Assembly (NCBI RefSeq): GCF_963921235.1
Contig: NC_086097.1
Span: forward strand, 54,934,001 to 54,998,000
Length of the DNA: 64,000 nucleotides
Source of the DNA: Mobula hypostoma
Taxonomy: Eukaryota
Direction: 5' to 3'
Made by a program: the position numbers and the translations under genes. The notes under the pieces are model-generated. The model ran no database searches and was not told the origin of the DNA. It worked only from the letters and a program-made list of their open reading frames with translations. The number at the start of each line of letters is the position of its first letter. The first letter of the stretch is position 1. Shown piece by piece: positions 36,716 through 49,069 of the stretch.

Positions 36716-39232
36716 GACCTCTGCAATAGAGGAGCAGATTGGGAGGCAGATCTTGGAAAGGTGCAAAAATAACAGGGTTGTTATCATGGGTGACTTTAAC
36801 TTCCCTAATATTGATTGGCACCTTATTAGTTCCAATGGTTTAGACGGGGCAGCGTTTGTTAAGTGTGTCCAGGACGGATTCCTGTCACAGTATGTTGACA
36901 GGCCAACTAGGGGGAATGCCATACTAGATCTAGTATTAGGTAACGAACCGGGTCAGGTCACAGATCTCTCAGTGGGTGAGCATCTGGGGGACAGTGACCA
37001 CCGCTCCCTGGCCTTTAGCATTATCATGGAAAAGGATAGAATCAGAGAGGACAGGAAAATTTTTAATTGGGGAAGGGCAAATTATAAGGCTATAAGGCTA
37101 TAAGGCTAGAACTTGCAGGTGTGAATTGGGATATTTTTGCAGGGAAATGTACTATGAACACATTTTCGATGTTTAGAGATCTCTTGCAGGATGTTAGGGA
37201 TAAATTTGTCCCGGTGAGGAAGATAAAGAATGGTAGGGTGAAGGAACCATGGGTGACAAGTGAGGTGGTAAATCTAGTCAGGTGGAAGAAGGCAGCATAC
37301 ATGAAGTTTAGGAAGCAAGGATCAGATGGGTCTATTGAGGAATATAGGGAAGCAAGAAAGGAGCTTAAGAAGGGGCTGAGGAGAGCAAGAAAGGAGCATG
37401 AGAAGGCCTTGGTGAGTAGGATAAAGGAAAACCCCAAGGCATTCTTCAATTATTTGAAGAACAAAAGGATGACAGGTGTGAAGATAGGACTGATTAGAGA
37501 TAAAGGTGGGAAGATGTGCCTGGAGGCTGTGGAAGTGAGCGAGGTCCTCAATGAATACTTCTCTTCGGTATTCACCAATGAGAGGGAACTTGATGATGGT
37601 GAGGACAATATGAATGAGATTGATGTTCTGGAGCATGTTGATATTAAGGGAGAGGAGGTGTTGGAGTTGTTAAAATACATTAGGACAGGTAAGTCCCCAG
37701 GACCTGACACAATATTCCCCAGGATGCTCCACGAGGCGAGGGAAAAGATTGATGAGCCTCTGGCTAGGATCTTTATGTCCTCGTTGTCCACGGGAATGGT
37801 ACCAGAGGATTGGAGGGAGGCGAATGTTGTCCACTTGTTCATAAAAGGTAATAGGGATAGTCTGGGGAATTATAGACCAGTGAGTATTACATGTATAGTG
37901 GGAAAGCTGTTGGAATAGATTCTTAGAGATAGAATCTATGGACATTTAGAGAATCATGGTCTGATCGGGGACAGTCAGCATGGCTTTGTGAAGGGCAGAT
38001 CGTGTCTAACAAGCCTGATAGAGTTCTTTGAGGAGGTGACCAGGCATATAGATGAGGCTAGTGCAGTGGATATGATCTACATGGAGTTTAGTAAGGCATT
38101 TGACAAGGTTCCACATGGTAGGCTAATTCAGAAAGTCAGAGAGCATGGGATCCAGGGAAGTTTGGCCAGGTGGATTCAGAATTGGCTTTCCTGCAGAAAG
38201 CAGAGGGTGGTGGTGGAGGGAGTACATTCGGATTGGAGGGTTGTGACTTGTGGTGTCCCACAAGGATCAGGTCTGGGACCTCTACTTTTCCTGATTTTTA
38301 TTAACGACCTAGATGTGGTGGTAGAAGGGTGGGTTGGCAAGTCTGCAGACAACACAGAGGTTGGTGGTGTTGTGGATAGTGTAGAGGATTGTCGAAGATT
38401 GCAGACAGACATTGATAGGATGCAGAAGTGGCCTGAGAAGTGGCACATGGAGTTCAACCCGGAGAAGTGTGAGGTGGTACACTTTGGAAGGACAAACTCC
38501 AAGGCAGAGTGCAAAGTAAATGGCAGGATACTTGGTAGTGTGGAGGAGCAGAGCGATCTGGGGGTACATGTCCACAGATCCCTGAAAGTTGCCTCACAGG
38601 TAGATAGGATAGTGAAGAAAGCTTACGGGGTGTTAGCTTTCATAAGTCGAGGGATAGAGTTGAAGAGTCACGAGGTATGATGCAACTCTATAAAACTCTG
38701 GTGAGGCCACACTTAGAGTACTGTGTCCAGTTCTGGTCCACTATAGGAAGGATGTGGAAGCATTGGAAAGGGTACAGAGGAGATTTACCAGGATGGTGCC
38801 TGGTTTGGAGAGTATACATTACGATCAGAGATTAAGGGAGCTAAAGCTTTACTCTTTGGAGAGAAGGAGGATGACATGAGACATGATAGAGGTATACAAG
38901 ATATTAAGAGGAATAGAGTGGACAGCCAGCACCTCTTCCCCAGGGCACCACTGCTCAATACAAAAGGACATGATTTTAAGGTAAGGGATGGGAAGTTCAA
39001 GGGGGATATTAGAGGAAGGTTTTTTACTCAGAGAGTGATTGGTGCGTGGAATGCACTGCCTGAGTCAGTGGTGGAGGCAGATACACTAGTGAAATTTAAG
39101 AGACTACTAGACAGGTATATGGAGGAATTTAAGGTGGGGGGGGTGTTATATGGGAGGCAGGGTTTAAGGGTCGGCACAACATTGTGGGCCAAAGGGCCTG
39201 TACTGTGCTGTACTATTCTATGTTCTATATGT
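36716..39232 (+). mobile_element. CR1 LINE, 5'-truncated in the endonuclease, most of ORF2 present with stops and frameshifts
   Basis: MGDFNFPNIDW, PTRGNAILDLVL, SDH, KSPGPD, WREANV, KAFDKVPH, GVPQGS.LGPLLF. TTCTATGTTCTATATG tail. Confidence 0.93.
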
Positions 39233-39554
39233 GCGTAGTCAAAACTAGCCTTGGAATTTGACAAACATCGTCTGTTGGAAGGTGAGACATGTATTCACTT
39301 GTTGAAGCAGTATCACCTTCAATGGAACATTTTTGGTTAACCATTGTTTCATATCCTCTGTGAGTGCACTACTAACTCATCCAATGTTTGAAAAACACTG
39401 GTTCTGTTTTTCTTGCTCGACCTTGGGAAGTAATAAGATCAACATGTAATGTTACTTAGCAACAGCTTCACAGAGACTAGTCAAGTCCTCAAGATGAGAT
39501 TGCACTTGTAAGTCATTTCCCTTATTTCCCATAAGATCCATGATTGATGGTATT

Positions 39555-39922
39555 CATTATCATCATTATCTGCTGAGTCATATGACATAAGCAATCATGG
39601 TCTTATGACCATGACTGACCTTGGCCAATTTTTCTACAAAAGTAGCTTGCCATTGTCTTCTTCTGGGCAATGTACAAGACGGTTACCCCAGTCATTATCA
39701 ATATTCTTCAGTGATTATCTGCCTGATGTCAGTAGTTGCAAAACTAGGGCTTGTCATATGTACCAGTTGTTCATACGACCATCCACCACCTGTTTCCATG
39801 GCTTCACGTGACATTGATCAGGCTAAGCAGGTGACATTGCCCAAGAGTGACCTACAGGCTAGCGGAGGGAAGGAGCGATTACACCTCCTTTGATACAGAT
39901 GTATCTCCACCCTGCCACCCAA
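39555..39922 (-). mobile_element. RTE-related non-autonomous retroposon
   Basis: CATTATCATCATTAT tail at the left end. The body resembles RTE 5' UTR-derived short elements and interrupts BEL gag. Confidence 0.5.
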
Positions 39923-40511
39923 AATGGTATTAAACCTTTAATTTTGTTCACACTTATTTTATATTCCTTTTGAAAACTTTCGATTCTACCTGCTAAAGCT
40001 TCAAAGTAAGTTTAATTTCTCTTTTGCCAGCCCTGATGTGAGGATCGCTGACATCAGTTCCATGCTTCGATTCACGAATGTTACTTTCTCCTTCATGCAC
40101 CACTCATAATTAACTCTTTGTTCATCCGCAGCACCAGCAATATTCGATTCAATAATCGTAGTCAACAAACTGTTTGTGCATCTACAGTGCTTAAAACCAG
40201 ACTGAACAAACAGCCTTCAATTCAAACATCAGCAACCAGAATATTTCAGCACCTCAATAAAACAAAATGACAAACCCTTGGGCAAACACCGCGCGATTGA
40301 GCAACAATGGATGGGCAGCGCAGACCATTGAAAACTGTGTTCAAACCACAAACACACAGCATGAATCAACAAAAGGTCGGTACTTGCTGCAATCTGCTCC
40401 AGTTTCGACATGCAGTTTTCAGTGTAGCAATTCAAATTTCTCTAACAGCTCTGAGGTAATCCTTTGCGTAGATTGTTGTTCATTTGGAGTAACTATTTTT
40501 TGTTGACAAAA

Positions 40512-41034
40512 TGTAGCAGCTACTTTAAAACAAAGACCGCTGAGAGATTAAGCCAGGAAATCGACACTATATGATGTGCTTCCAAAACAACAAAGTTCCA
40601 AAAATTGAAAAAGGCATGTTTAATCCTCTATTACAAAACCAACAAAGACAAAAAATCTTATAGTGATAAAAAAACTAATGAAACTAAATTTGTGAACTCA
40701 CAAAGTTAGTGTTGAACTAACTTATTTAAGTTAAGTTATCAATCTACTTAGTATTCCAATAAATTTCCAATTTGCGCTCCCAATTAGGATAATTGGTTGA
40801 ACTAAATTAGTAGTCAACAAAAAATATCATTCTCTGTGGCTCAATCCCTCTTCATTAGACTAAACAGAACAACTAACCACAAGAGTGAATACGTAACTAT
40901 ACTCAATTTATTTCTACAATGCCCCAACCCTCGTGACAGATTACCAGAGCAAATGTGCCCACCATAAAATGTAATACAGACAGAAAATTGACAGATAGCT
41001 CCAACAGACAGAAAATAGATACATAGCTCCTATT
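40512..41034 (-). repeat. BEL/Pao 5' LTR
   Basis: Homologous to 10282-10831 (for example CTGAGAGATTAAGCCAGGA, AAAAAACTAATGAAACTAAATT, CGTGACAGATTACCA). Flanked by GTGCC (41035-41039) versus GCGCC (10277-10281), a possible 5-bp TSD with one CpG transition. Confidence 0.75.
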
Positions 41035-41609
41035 GTGCCTTTGAACAAAGAAACACAAAAGGGAACCCCAGTGTTTCACTCTTAAAGCAAAACACAGAAG
41101 ATGTTCATATTTACGCAAATAAGGGATAGTTTGCTCACTGTTCTATGAGTCAGGGGCCATTTCAGATCTTGTGATTGTACATTGCAGTTAATTTTAAAAA
41201 AGCCTTTAAGAAACAAAATTTTTGCCCCCATGAAAAATATCTTGGCACAATTGTCAGCCGAAGAACAGTTGGGTGATTTAAGAGTGCTCATTAGTTTCAC
41301 TTACATCAAACAGTAAAGACCATAAACTGCTTCCATCCTGGTGAAGTATTCTCTCCCAAGAACAAGACTGAAAGCAAAAATTAAGTTTACTTGTCTACCA
41401 GGTAAAACAGCAACTTGAGTTGATGAAAAATGATTTCATTGGAAGGCTTGTTGGACATTGTACCAGACAATACTAATATAAACATTGACAGTGCTAAATG
41501 AGCTGAAAAGAACAGTATCAATGGTGTAAAAGTTGTTATTTCATATTTCCTTACAATATGGGAGAAGCCATTTAGCCCACTGAGTCTATGCTGGCTGTCA
41601 GAGATTTAT

Positions 41610-42830
41610 TTCTATTTCAAAAATAGACTTCATTCACGATAAAAATCTATATAAAGGACACAACAGTATAAAACATTTGGTAGCGTGAACTTAAAAGAAA
41701 AAACAATCATTGCACCATTGCCACTCACATGACCTCCTGAAGTGATACACCCTCTATGTGTGGTCATGAAGGAGCCTACACTGTAGTCCTTCCCCACTTA
41801 GCTTTAGCATTGGTTATATTGAGTTTCAAGTGCATCCCTCAGCACATACTCCTGTAGCCTATTCACTGTACTGCAAAACCACCAAGTTCCTTCACTGAGT
41901 TAATGACCTTCCAGCAGCACTGGATGTCTGTCTCAGTGTGTGTCCCCTGTAGATCTAAGCATCCTCTGTTAAGCACCTGCTGGGGATGAACTGGGACACA
42001 AACTCTTGCATCTGTCTCCACACGCTTTTACAAACCCACGGTCTGCAAAGAAGTGGGTGACTGCAGCTCTCCCGAGGGTAGTATACATCATCTGTAGAGG
42101 AAAAGTCTGACTGGGTGGCTACCTCTCACTGCCAGCCAAGTGAAGTGTTTATTGGTGAGATCTGGTAAATAAGGCAATCTGCCAGATGGTTTGGACTATT
42201 TGCTTAGGGAACAAACCACAGAATATACAGCGTCCCTGTCCCACGGTGCCTAATGGACTTGTGTCAAAGGTGTTTACTTGAAAGAGTTCTTCCACAAAGA
42301 ACAAGTGGTGCAGCAGCATCCATCTGATTGGGCCTTTGTGTGGTAAGAGAGCCAGGCCTATCTGCCACAACACCCGGGGCAGGTAGAACTTCAGTATGTA
42401 GTGATATATTCTGCAGTTTGGTTCCACATACTGAGTGATATTCCCACGAAGGTGGCCGTCAGGATGAGAGCAATGTTGCGCACATATTTGTCCCTATTCT
42501 CAGGGGACTTGTGCATCAAGACCCATTGGACCTCTCAAATAGATGGAAGACATCCTGGGTGATTACAGAGGCAGAAGAGTGAGGAACAGGTCACACTTGT
42601 GCCAAGTATGGCAGCTCTGAGAGGATACAGCACATGATGACCAGGTTTTTCCCAGTTCTTGACACAAAATACCATTTCCACAAATCCAACTTTGTTCAAT
42701 CTGCTTCACGCAATTTTTGTTACATCCCTCCTCTGCTCTGAACCAGATCCCCAGCACCAAAGAGCATGGCCTTGCTCTTCCTGCAGTTGACTCTGGCCCC
42801 GGATGCCAACTCCAACTCGTTGCAGATTAA
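41610..42830 (-). mobile_element. Old decayed Tx1-like LINE fragment
   Basis: Reverse-strand similarity to 32217-33569 (YHYILKFYLP, LALLPH, FFVEE.FQ.N.FD, QIVQTIWQIA). The tail is at the left end. Confidence 0.75.
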
Positions 42831-43582
42831 TCTGTAACTGCGAAATACCTTCACATTTACATTGTTTGTTTCAGAGAACTAAAATACTTATGCTGATTTG
42901 TAGGCTTTGAGCATTCCAATTTGTGAGAATGCAACAGCACACCGTTCCTACCTCTGTACTAGAGTTACACTTAATTTGGTGGATGAAGGCATGTTTTCTA
43001 TCACAAGAAAAGTCACCAAACCTGTTGAAAAATATCTTTACAATCCTTACACCAAATTATGGCCTGTTTTTGCAAGTAAACATAGAACCAATTTTCAGAA
43101 ACTGGTAGGGGCTATTGATATCATCTGTGTGAAATTGCACTGGAAATATATACCTTCATGCAGAACTTAGCAGAAGGGAAGTTGGTCACATCAGATGCAA
43201 AGATATTCCAACAAATCCAAACATCTTGTAGTGTTTAGTTGTGAATGGAGAAATTCTTGAGGGGGAATTTTATAAAGCAGTCAAAATTGTATTTTTGTCT
43301 CAAAAGCACTGAATTGCCTGGATCTGTAGAAATTGTTTTTTTTTCAATTCTGTTTGAGTAGGCTTTTAGCTAAGAGGAAATATTTAAATGGTAGAAGTGA
43401 TACCAATATTCTATTTTTTCAAAAATCCAAGAGGATTCAGTTGCTAGTTGACAGCAGTTGGAATGGAAGGTTTCCACACGTTCACCTTATAAATACAAAT
43501 ACTTCATCCCACTGCAGCAGACCATCCTAAAGAAGAAAAAAACGAGAACTATAAGTAAGAACAGAAGTTTGAATCTGAATTC

Positions 43583-44590
43583 AAACAAGGCTGTGTGCTT
43601 AGCCCCCTGCTCTACTTGATTTATACTTATGCCTGTAAGGCTAAGCACGGCTCCAATACCATATTTAAGTTTCCTGACAACACCACTGTCATAGACTGAA
43701 TAAAAGGTGATGATGAATCAGCATTTAAAAGGGAGATTAAAAATCTGGCTGAATGGTGCCACAACACCAACCTCTCAATCAATGTCAACAAGACCAAGCA
43801 GCTGGTTTTTGACTTCAGGAGGAGGACACCAGAGGTCCATCAGCCAGCCCTCATTGGGGGATCAGAGGCGGCGAGGGTCAGCAACTTTAAATTCCTTGGC
43901 ATTTATCATTTTAGAGGATCTATCTTAGGCCCAGCACGCAAGTGCAATTATGAAGAAAGCACAGCAGTCCTCCTACTTCCTTAGAAGTTTACGAAAATTT
44001 GGCATGACATCTAAAAATTTGACAAACTTCTATAGATGTGTGGTGGAGAATATATTGACTGGCTGCATCACAGCCTGGTATGGAAACATTAATGCCTTTG
44101 AATGGAAAATCCTACAAAAAGTAGTGGATATGGCCCAGTCCATCATGGGTAAAGCTCTCCCCTCCATTGAACACATCTATATGGAGCACTGTCGCAGAAA
44201 AACAGCATCCATTATCACAGAACCCCACCACCCAGCCATGGTCTCTTCTCAGTGCTGCCATCAGGAAGAAGGTACAGAACCTCAGGATACACACCACCAG
44301 GTTTAGGAACAGTTATTAGCCCTCAACCTTCAGGCTTTTGAACCAGTGGGGATAAACATCATGTTCTTGATATTTATTGCTTATTTATTTATCTATTATT
44401 TTGCTCTTCTGTATTTGCACACTTTGTTGTATTTCACACATTGGTTGTTTGTCTGTCCTGTTGGGTATGGTCTTTCATTGATTCTATTGTGTTTCTTGGA
44501 TTTACTGAGTATGCCTGCAAGAAAACAAATCTTAAGAATATATATCGTGACATATGTGTACTTTGATAAAAAATTTACTTTGAACATGAA
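43583..44590 (+). mobile_element. Rex1/Babar-like LINE 3' fragment
   Basis: QGCVLSPLL region, KKAQQSSYFLRSLRKFGM, TNFYRCVVENILTGCITAWYG, and a TTTACTTTGAAC tail. Confidence 0.88.
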
Positions 44591-45619
44591 TCCTGAGGCC
44601 AGTAGGTCACAGAGCACATAACAGATAGAAGGCTGCCACTCAGATTTAAACTGAATTGCATGAAGTATTGAAAGCAGAGAGGCAGAGAAACAGAATTGAA
44701 CTGAGACAGGAAATTCAAATTGCAGGAATGGCAGGAGGAGTAAATACCATTGGAAAGCAGAAGGGAAAGGGTTGCTGGTGTCAAGTGTATTGAGGATTTT
44801 ACATATTATTTGCCAGGGTTAAATTGGCTGGATGATGGTGGTGGGGTGGCAATAAATTAGTTTATTATTGTCACATGAACTGGGGTACATTGAGAAGAAT
44901 GTGCTTTACCTAGTGAAGTAACGATGCAAGGATGTGCTCAAAAGCTCGTTGAAGAAGTGCAACCTCCTTGATGCCTCCAAGGACTATTTGGCGCATGCTC
45001 ACTCAAAATGGAGTAGGAACGTTGAACTTGGCACAGTATTGAGAACCATGAAGCCATTCAACTGGAGCATTTGGAGGGGGTAATGTAAGCCATGGAAGGA
45101 ATGGACCACTTCAGCTGTTCCAAATGTGGAAGTCTACAGTTACCTCATGGGTCCAACTCAGAATCCACAAAACCCAGAGTGAAAGTATGTCATCCTCAAT
45201 CACTTTTGGTAAATCATGTAATTCTGCTACTTTATATTATTTTTCCCCAAAAGCTATTATCTTTGTTCCTTTGTACGTTCGCAGGTCAGAACGCACTCTG
45301 AAGTGAGTGAGACTACATGCGGTATTTCTCTTCCCTTTCACATACTGTTATCTCTTCACGGATGCTGTGTGACTTGACTAATGTTTCCTGAACTTACTGT
45401 TTTTGATAACTTCGACTGCTTGTTCAGCAGAAAGCAAAAAAACTTGTCATACATTTTTAAAATCATAGTGCCAACTTCTCTCGCCTAGTCTACGAGTTTT
45501 GAAAAGTCATACCTTGTCTTTTGAAAAGTAAAAGCATGTACTTTCACACCGCACTGGTGTGACTGCTGGAAGTCTGCGGTTGTTTTCCTAAGTCATCACA
45601 TTTGAACCTAACGACAATA

Positions 45620-46130
45620 TTCGTATCTCACGGCAGTGGCCGTGGCCTCGGGAATCCTCAGCGCGCAGCATCCTGGGATACTGGCTGTCTCACGGCCTTA
45701 AGTGCGGGAGGAACAACGGCGGAGGTAGATTCCGGGAGGTCGACGGCTGTAGTAACTGGACAAGTAGTTTAGAAGGCCAGCAAGGGACTTACGTGTGAGT
45801 GCAGAAAGAATATTGCGGGCACACAGCCTACTAAGCTTCGGTTCTTCCCGTGAATCGTGACTCCGATTCCAAGGAACCGGTACAGAGGGTCACGAATTCA
45901 GGTGAGCGGTTGTTTTTCAACCACGTCCCGGATGCAAGCGGTTTGAGGGTAGTAGGGTGCGGCGGGCTTGTGACTCGGTAGGGACGGGTTGTATTCGTGT
46001 AGCTTTTGTTTAAAATTCGGTAACTTTTTTTAAAATATAGGAATCACCGAAACACAGCCGGTTAGGCCGCAGCCATGGCCTCTACTGACAACAGTATCCT
46101 GTAAGTCGCGATTTTCACAGTGCAGGGTGG
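45620..46130. promoter_or_regulatory. CpG-rich unique segment, probable host promoter/first exons
   Basis: Visible CpG enrichment relative to the flanks, non-repetitive. Plus-strand donor CAG|GTGAGC (45901/45902), acceptor ATAG| (46040), Kozak ATG and donor GTAAGT (46101). Minus-strand donor GTAAGT at 45792. Confidence 0.7.
46075..46100 (+). CDS. Putative first coding exon of an unidentified host gene (MASTDNSI/L, phase 2)
   Basis: Strong Kozak GCAGCCATGG inside exon 46041-46100, bounded by AG and the consensus donor GTAAGT. The product is not recognised. Confidence 0.6.
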
Positions 46131-48139
46131 CGAGATGATTTAGGGTACAGCAACTTTCCTTTTCTTCGACTGCTGAGATCTGAGTTGAGGCACTGCAGGG
46201 AAACCTGAGCCCCGAGCATCAACGTAAGCTCCGTTAGTGCCATTGGGTCAGTTTGATATAAATACTTGCTAATTAATAACCTATGCTCTTCCAGTTTTTT
46301 TGCGCGTTTTGGTCCGTTTGTAAAGCAAGAACATTTAGATTTGTAGTTCCCAATTTCAGTTTAAAATCAAGCTGTAAATTTAATATCAATTATAATTAGT
46401 ACAGATGTAGTCTTTATTGTTGCCATTGTGATAGCACTACACCTCATTTTAGTTGAACTGAATGCTCTTGGCTTTGACTTTGGCGAGGGGAAGGGTGGTT
46501 TGACGATATGTCCACCTTACCCCATTTGTTGATGGTTGTCTATATGTCATGAAATAAGTGTGCCTTTCAAAGAAGGCTGTCAAAAATTGTGTAAGCTGAA
46601 AAGATAAATGCAAGAGTGAAGGTTTTAAGTTTTCTGTTTCTGAGAGACCGAGGTCTGTAGAACGTACACCTGGGCTGGATGTAGAAACATAAAATAAAGA
46701 CTTTTAAGAGAGGTTTAGAAAGGCACATGAATGTGAGGAAAATGGAAGGATGTGGACATTGTATAAGCAGAGGGATTAGTTTAGTTGGCCATTTGAATAC
46801 TGATATCATTGGCTTGGCACTGCATTGTGGGCTGATGGACCTGTTCCTGTGCTGTATTTCTCTATTAGTGTTGCCTGCATAACTAAGCCACCTTGGACAT
46901 CACAGTTTTGTCACTTGAACCTTGAAAAGTGGTAGAGTTATTGTAAATTCTGGCCTTCCAAATGTCAGGCAGTGTTTGACAATATAGATCCTGAGCATAC
47001 AGGGGAATTGGTTGTTTTTTTTTGTGGTGACGTAGTTTTTGTGTTTTTGCCTTGCGTTTTTAATCCAAGCATAGACAAGGTAAAAAGCACATGCATAATG
47101 ATGTGTGTGATCTTTGAATATCTGCCAACTCATCCCTTGGATTTTCTTTGTAGTAGTGTTGATAGTGATCTGAAATAAATCAAAGCTTTACTAATGTTGG
47201 AAACCTAAAATAAAAAGAAACAAAACCTGCTGGAAATAACATGAGGCAAGTACAGAGAAAAACAAGGTTTCATATTGGTTGACCTATCATCATAACCAAT
47301 TAAAAGCAGCCTTCTGGCTCATGTCACTTTAGGCCATGACACTTGAGTAGCAATATTAAATGTATTGGTAACACTGTTGTGGGATAATTAGCATTGTTGA
47401 TATGAATCATTATTATCTGTTACTAAGTCTTGACTAGAAGTTGTTTGTAAGTTAAGGTTGTCATTTTTTTTGAGACTGGAACATAAAAATTGACACTTTC
47501 AGCCATTCCTTTAGCTTTCGTTCTTGTATCTCTGCTGATTTGCTTCATTTCAATTCTGTAATTTTGAAGGTTTGGAAAAGCTTTTTTAATAGGGGAAAAA
47601 GCTTTTTTAATTGATTCATTGGCAAATAAACCAATGGTTGTGTTTTGGCAATTTAAGGTGAACACGAATCTGTAGGAAACTTGATTTATAATAACATGTG
47701 AAACCAAAAGATGTTGTGGGCTTGTACTTTTTTGACCAGTATTGTTTCTGATTGGCTTTCAGTTTCTTTCTGGTAAGACTGAAGTTTACGAAAAACTGAG
47801 TTAATAGAACGAGAGTTGTAGTTCCAGTATTGAATAGCTGCTGAAAGTGCTATAACTTCCATTTGGTTGTATCTGTAGTTAAAATAAGTATAAAATAACT
47901 TCTGAAGTGCTTGTCAATAATATAGTCACTTTAATAGAATTACTATATTTCTGGAAGTCACTTGTTTTCTCTGAAAACAGACAACTATAAATATATTTAA
48001 TATCTGTGTAGTGATTCAACTTGGTGACCATTCTTAAGAACTAATGAAAGGTAATTGATCTGTAATATTAATCATTCAACATTAATGTACTTTTGAATGG
48101 TCTAAATGAACCAGCGATTTCACGATTGGGAAATGTATG

Positions 48140-48950
48140 ATAATGCATTTTGATAAAAGGAACAATAGTGTGGATTATTATCTAAATGGGGAGAAGGTTC
48201 AAACATAACAGTTGCAGAGGGACTTGGGAGACCTCGTGCAAGACTCCCAGAAGTTTAATTTACGGGTTGAATCTGTGGTAAAGAAGGCAAAGCAATGTTG
48301 GCATTTATTTCAAGGAGAATAGAACATAAAAGCAAGGACATAATGCTGAGTTTTTATAAGATGTTAGTCAGGCCGCATTTGGAGTATTGTCAACGGTTTT
48401 GGGCCCCATTATCTCAGAAAGGATGCACTCTCATTGGAGTGAGTCCAGAGGAGTTTCACGAGGATGATTCCAGGATGAAGGGGTTAAGGTATGAGAAGCA
48501 TTTGGCAGCTCTGAGCCTGTACTCAGTGGAATTTAGAAGCATACGAGGGAATCTCATTGAAACTTAACCAAATGTTGAAAGGACTAGATAGGGTGGATGT
48601 GGAGGGGATGTTTCCTATGATGGTGGTATCCAGAACTAGAGGACGCAGTCTCAAATTGGGTGGGGGGGGGTGTGTTACCCATTTAGAACAGGGAAAAGGA
48701 GGACATTTTTAAGCCTGAGAGTTGTAAATCTGTGGAATGCTGTGCCACAGACTGCGGTGGAGGCCAAATCTGTGCATATATTTAAGGTGGAAGTTGATAG
48801 TTTCCTGATAGGTCAGGGCATCAAAGGATAGGGTGAGAAGGCAGGTGTATGGGGTTGAGTGGGATCCGGGATCAGTCATGCTGGCATGGCAGAGCAGAGT
48901 CGATGGGCTGAATGACCTAATTCTGCTCCTATATTTTATGGTCTTATGAT
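48140..48950 (+). mobile_element. Decayed CR1 3' fragment
   Basis: MLAFISRRIEHKSKDIMLSFYKMLVRPHLEYC plus a TTATGGTCTTATG tail. Confidence 0.88.
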
Positions 48951-49069
48951 CCTCTGAAGAACTTGGTGGACTTAACTCTCAAGGATGCAGGTATGGCACC
49001 TTTAAGTGGATGAAGGTATATCACCATCCCAGAAGAGGGGGAGGAGGAGAGGACTCCATGCCATGCTAA

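Larger units (their letters stand above)
10282..41034 (-). mobile_element. Old BEL/Pao LTR retrotransposon, fragmented by nested insertions (host element of the nest)
   Basis: Collinear minus-strand pieces: Gag Zn knuckles near 24400-24520 (CxxCNGKHPS), protease region 23150-23600, RT 22200-23000 (FYVDD), Pao RNase H-like 19350-20650 (LHHFTDASKDGYGAV, MGKSRV), integrase 18420-19200 (PFTGVGVDY, RAVHIEV, TNFVGA) and C-terminal domain 12160-12300. Related LTRs at both ends. Confidence 0.85.

Noticed and set aside
36561..37103. 180-aa ORF with a novel N-terminus on an endonuclease fragment
   Set aside because: It spans a CR1 tail, a 70-bp antisense BEL piece and a second CR1, so it is a junction artefact.
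43022..43485. snoRNA-host-like small introns
   Set aside because: No convincing C/D box pair or H/ACA structure is visible.
46075..46100. EWSR1 assignment from the MASTD start
   Set aside because: The following residues (NSIL) do not match EWSR1 (YSTYSQ), so no symbol is assigned.
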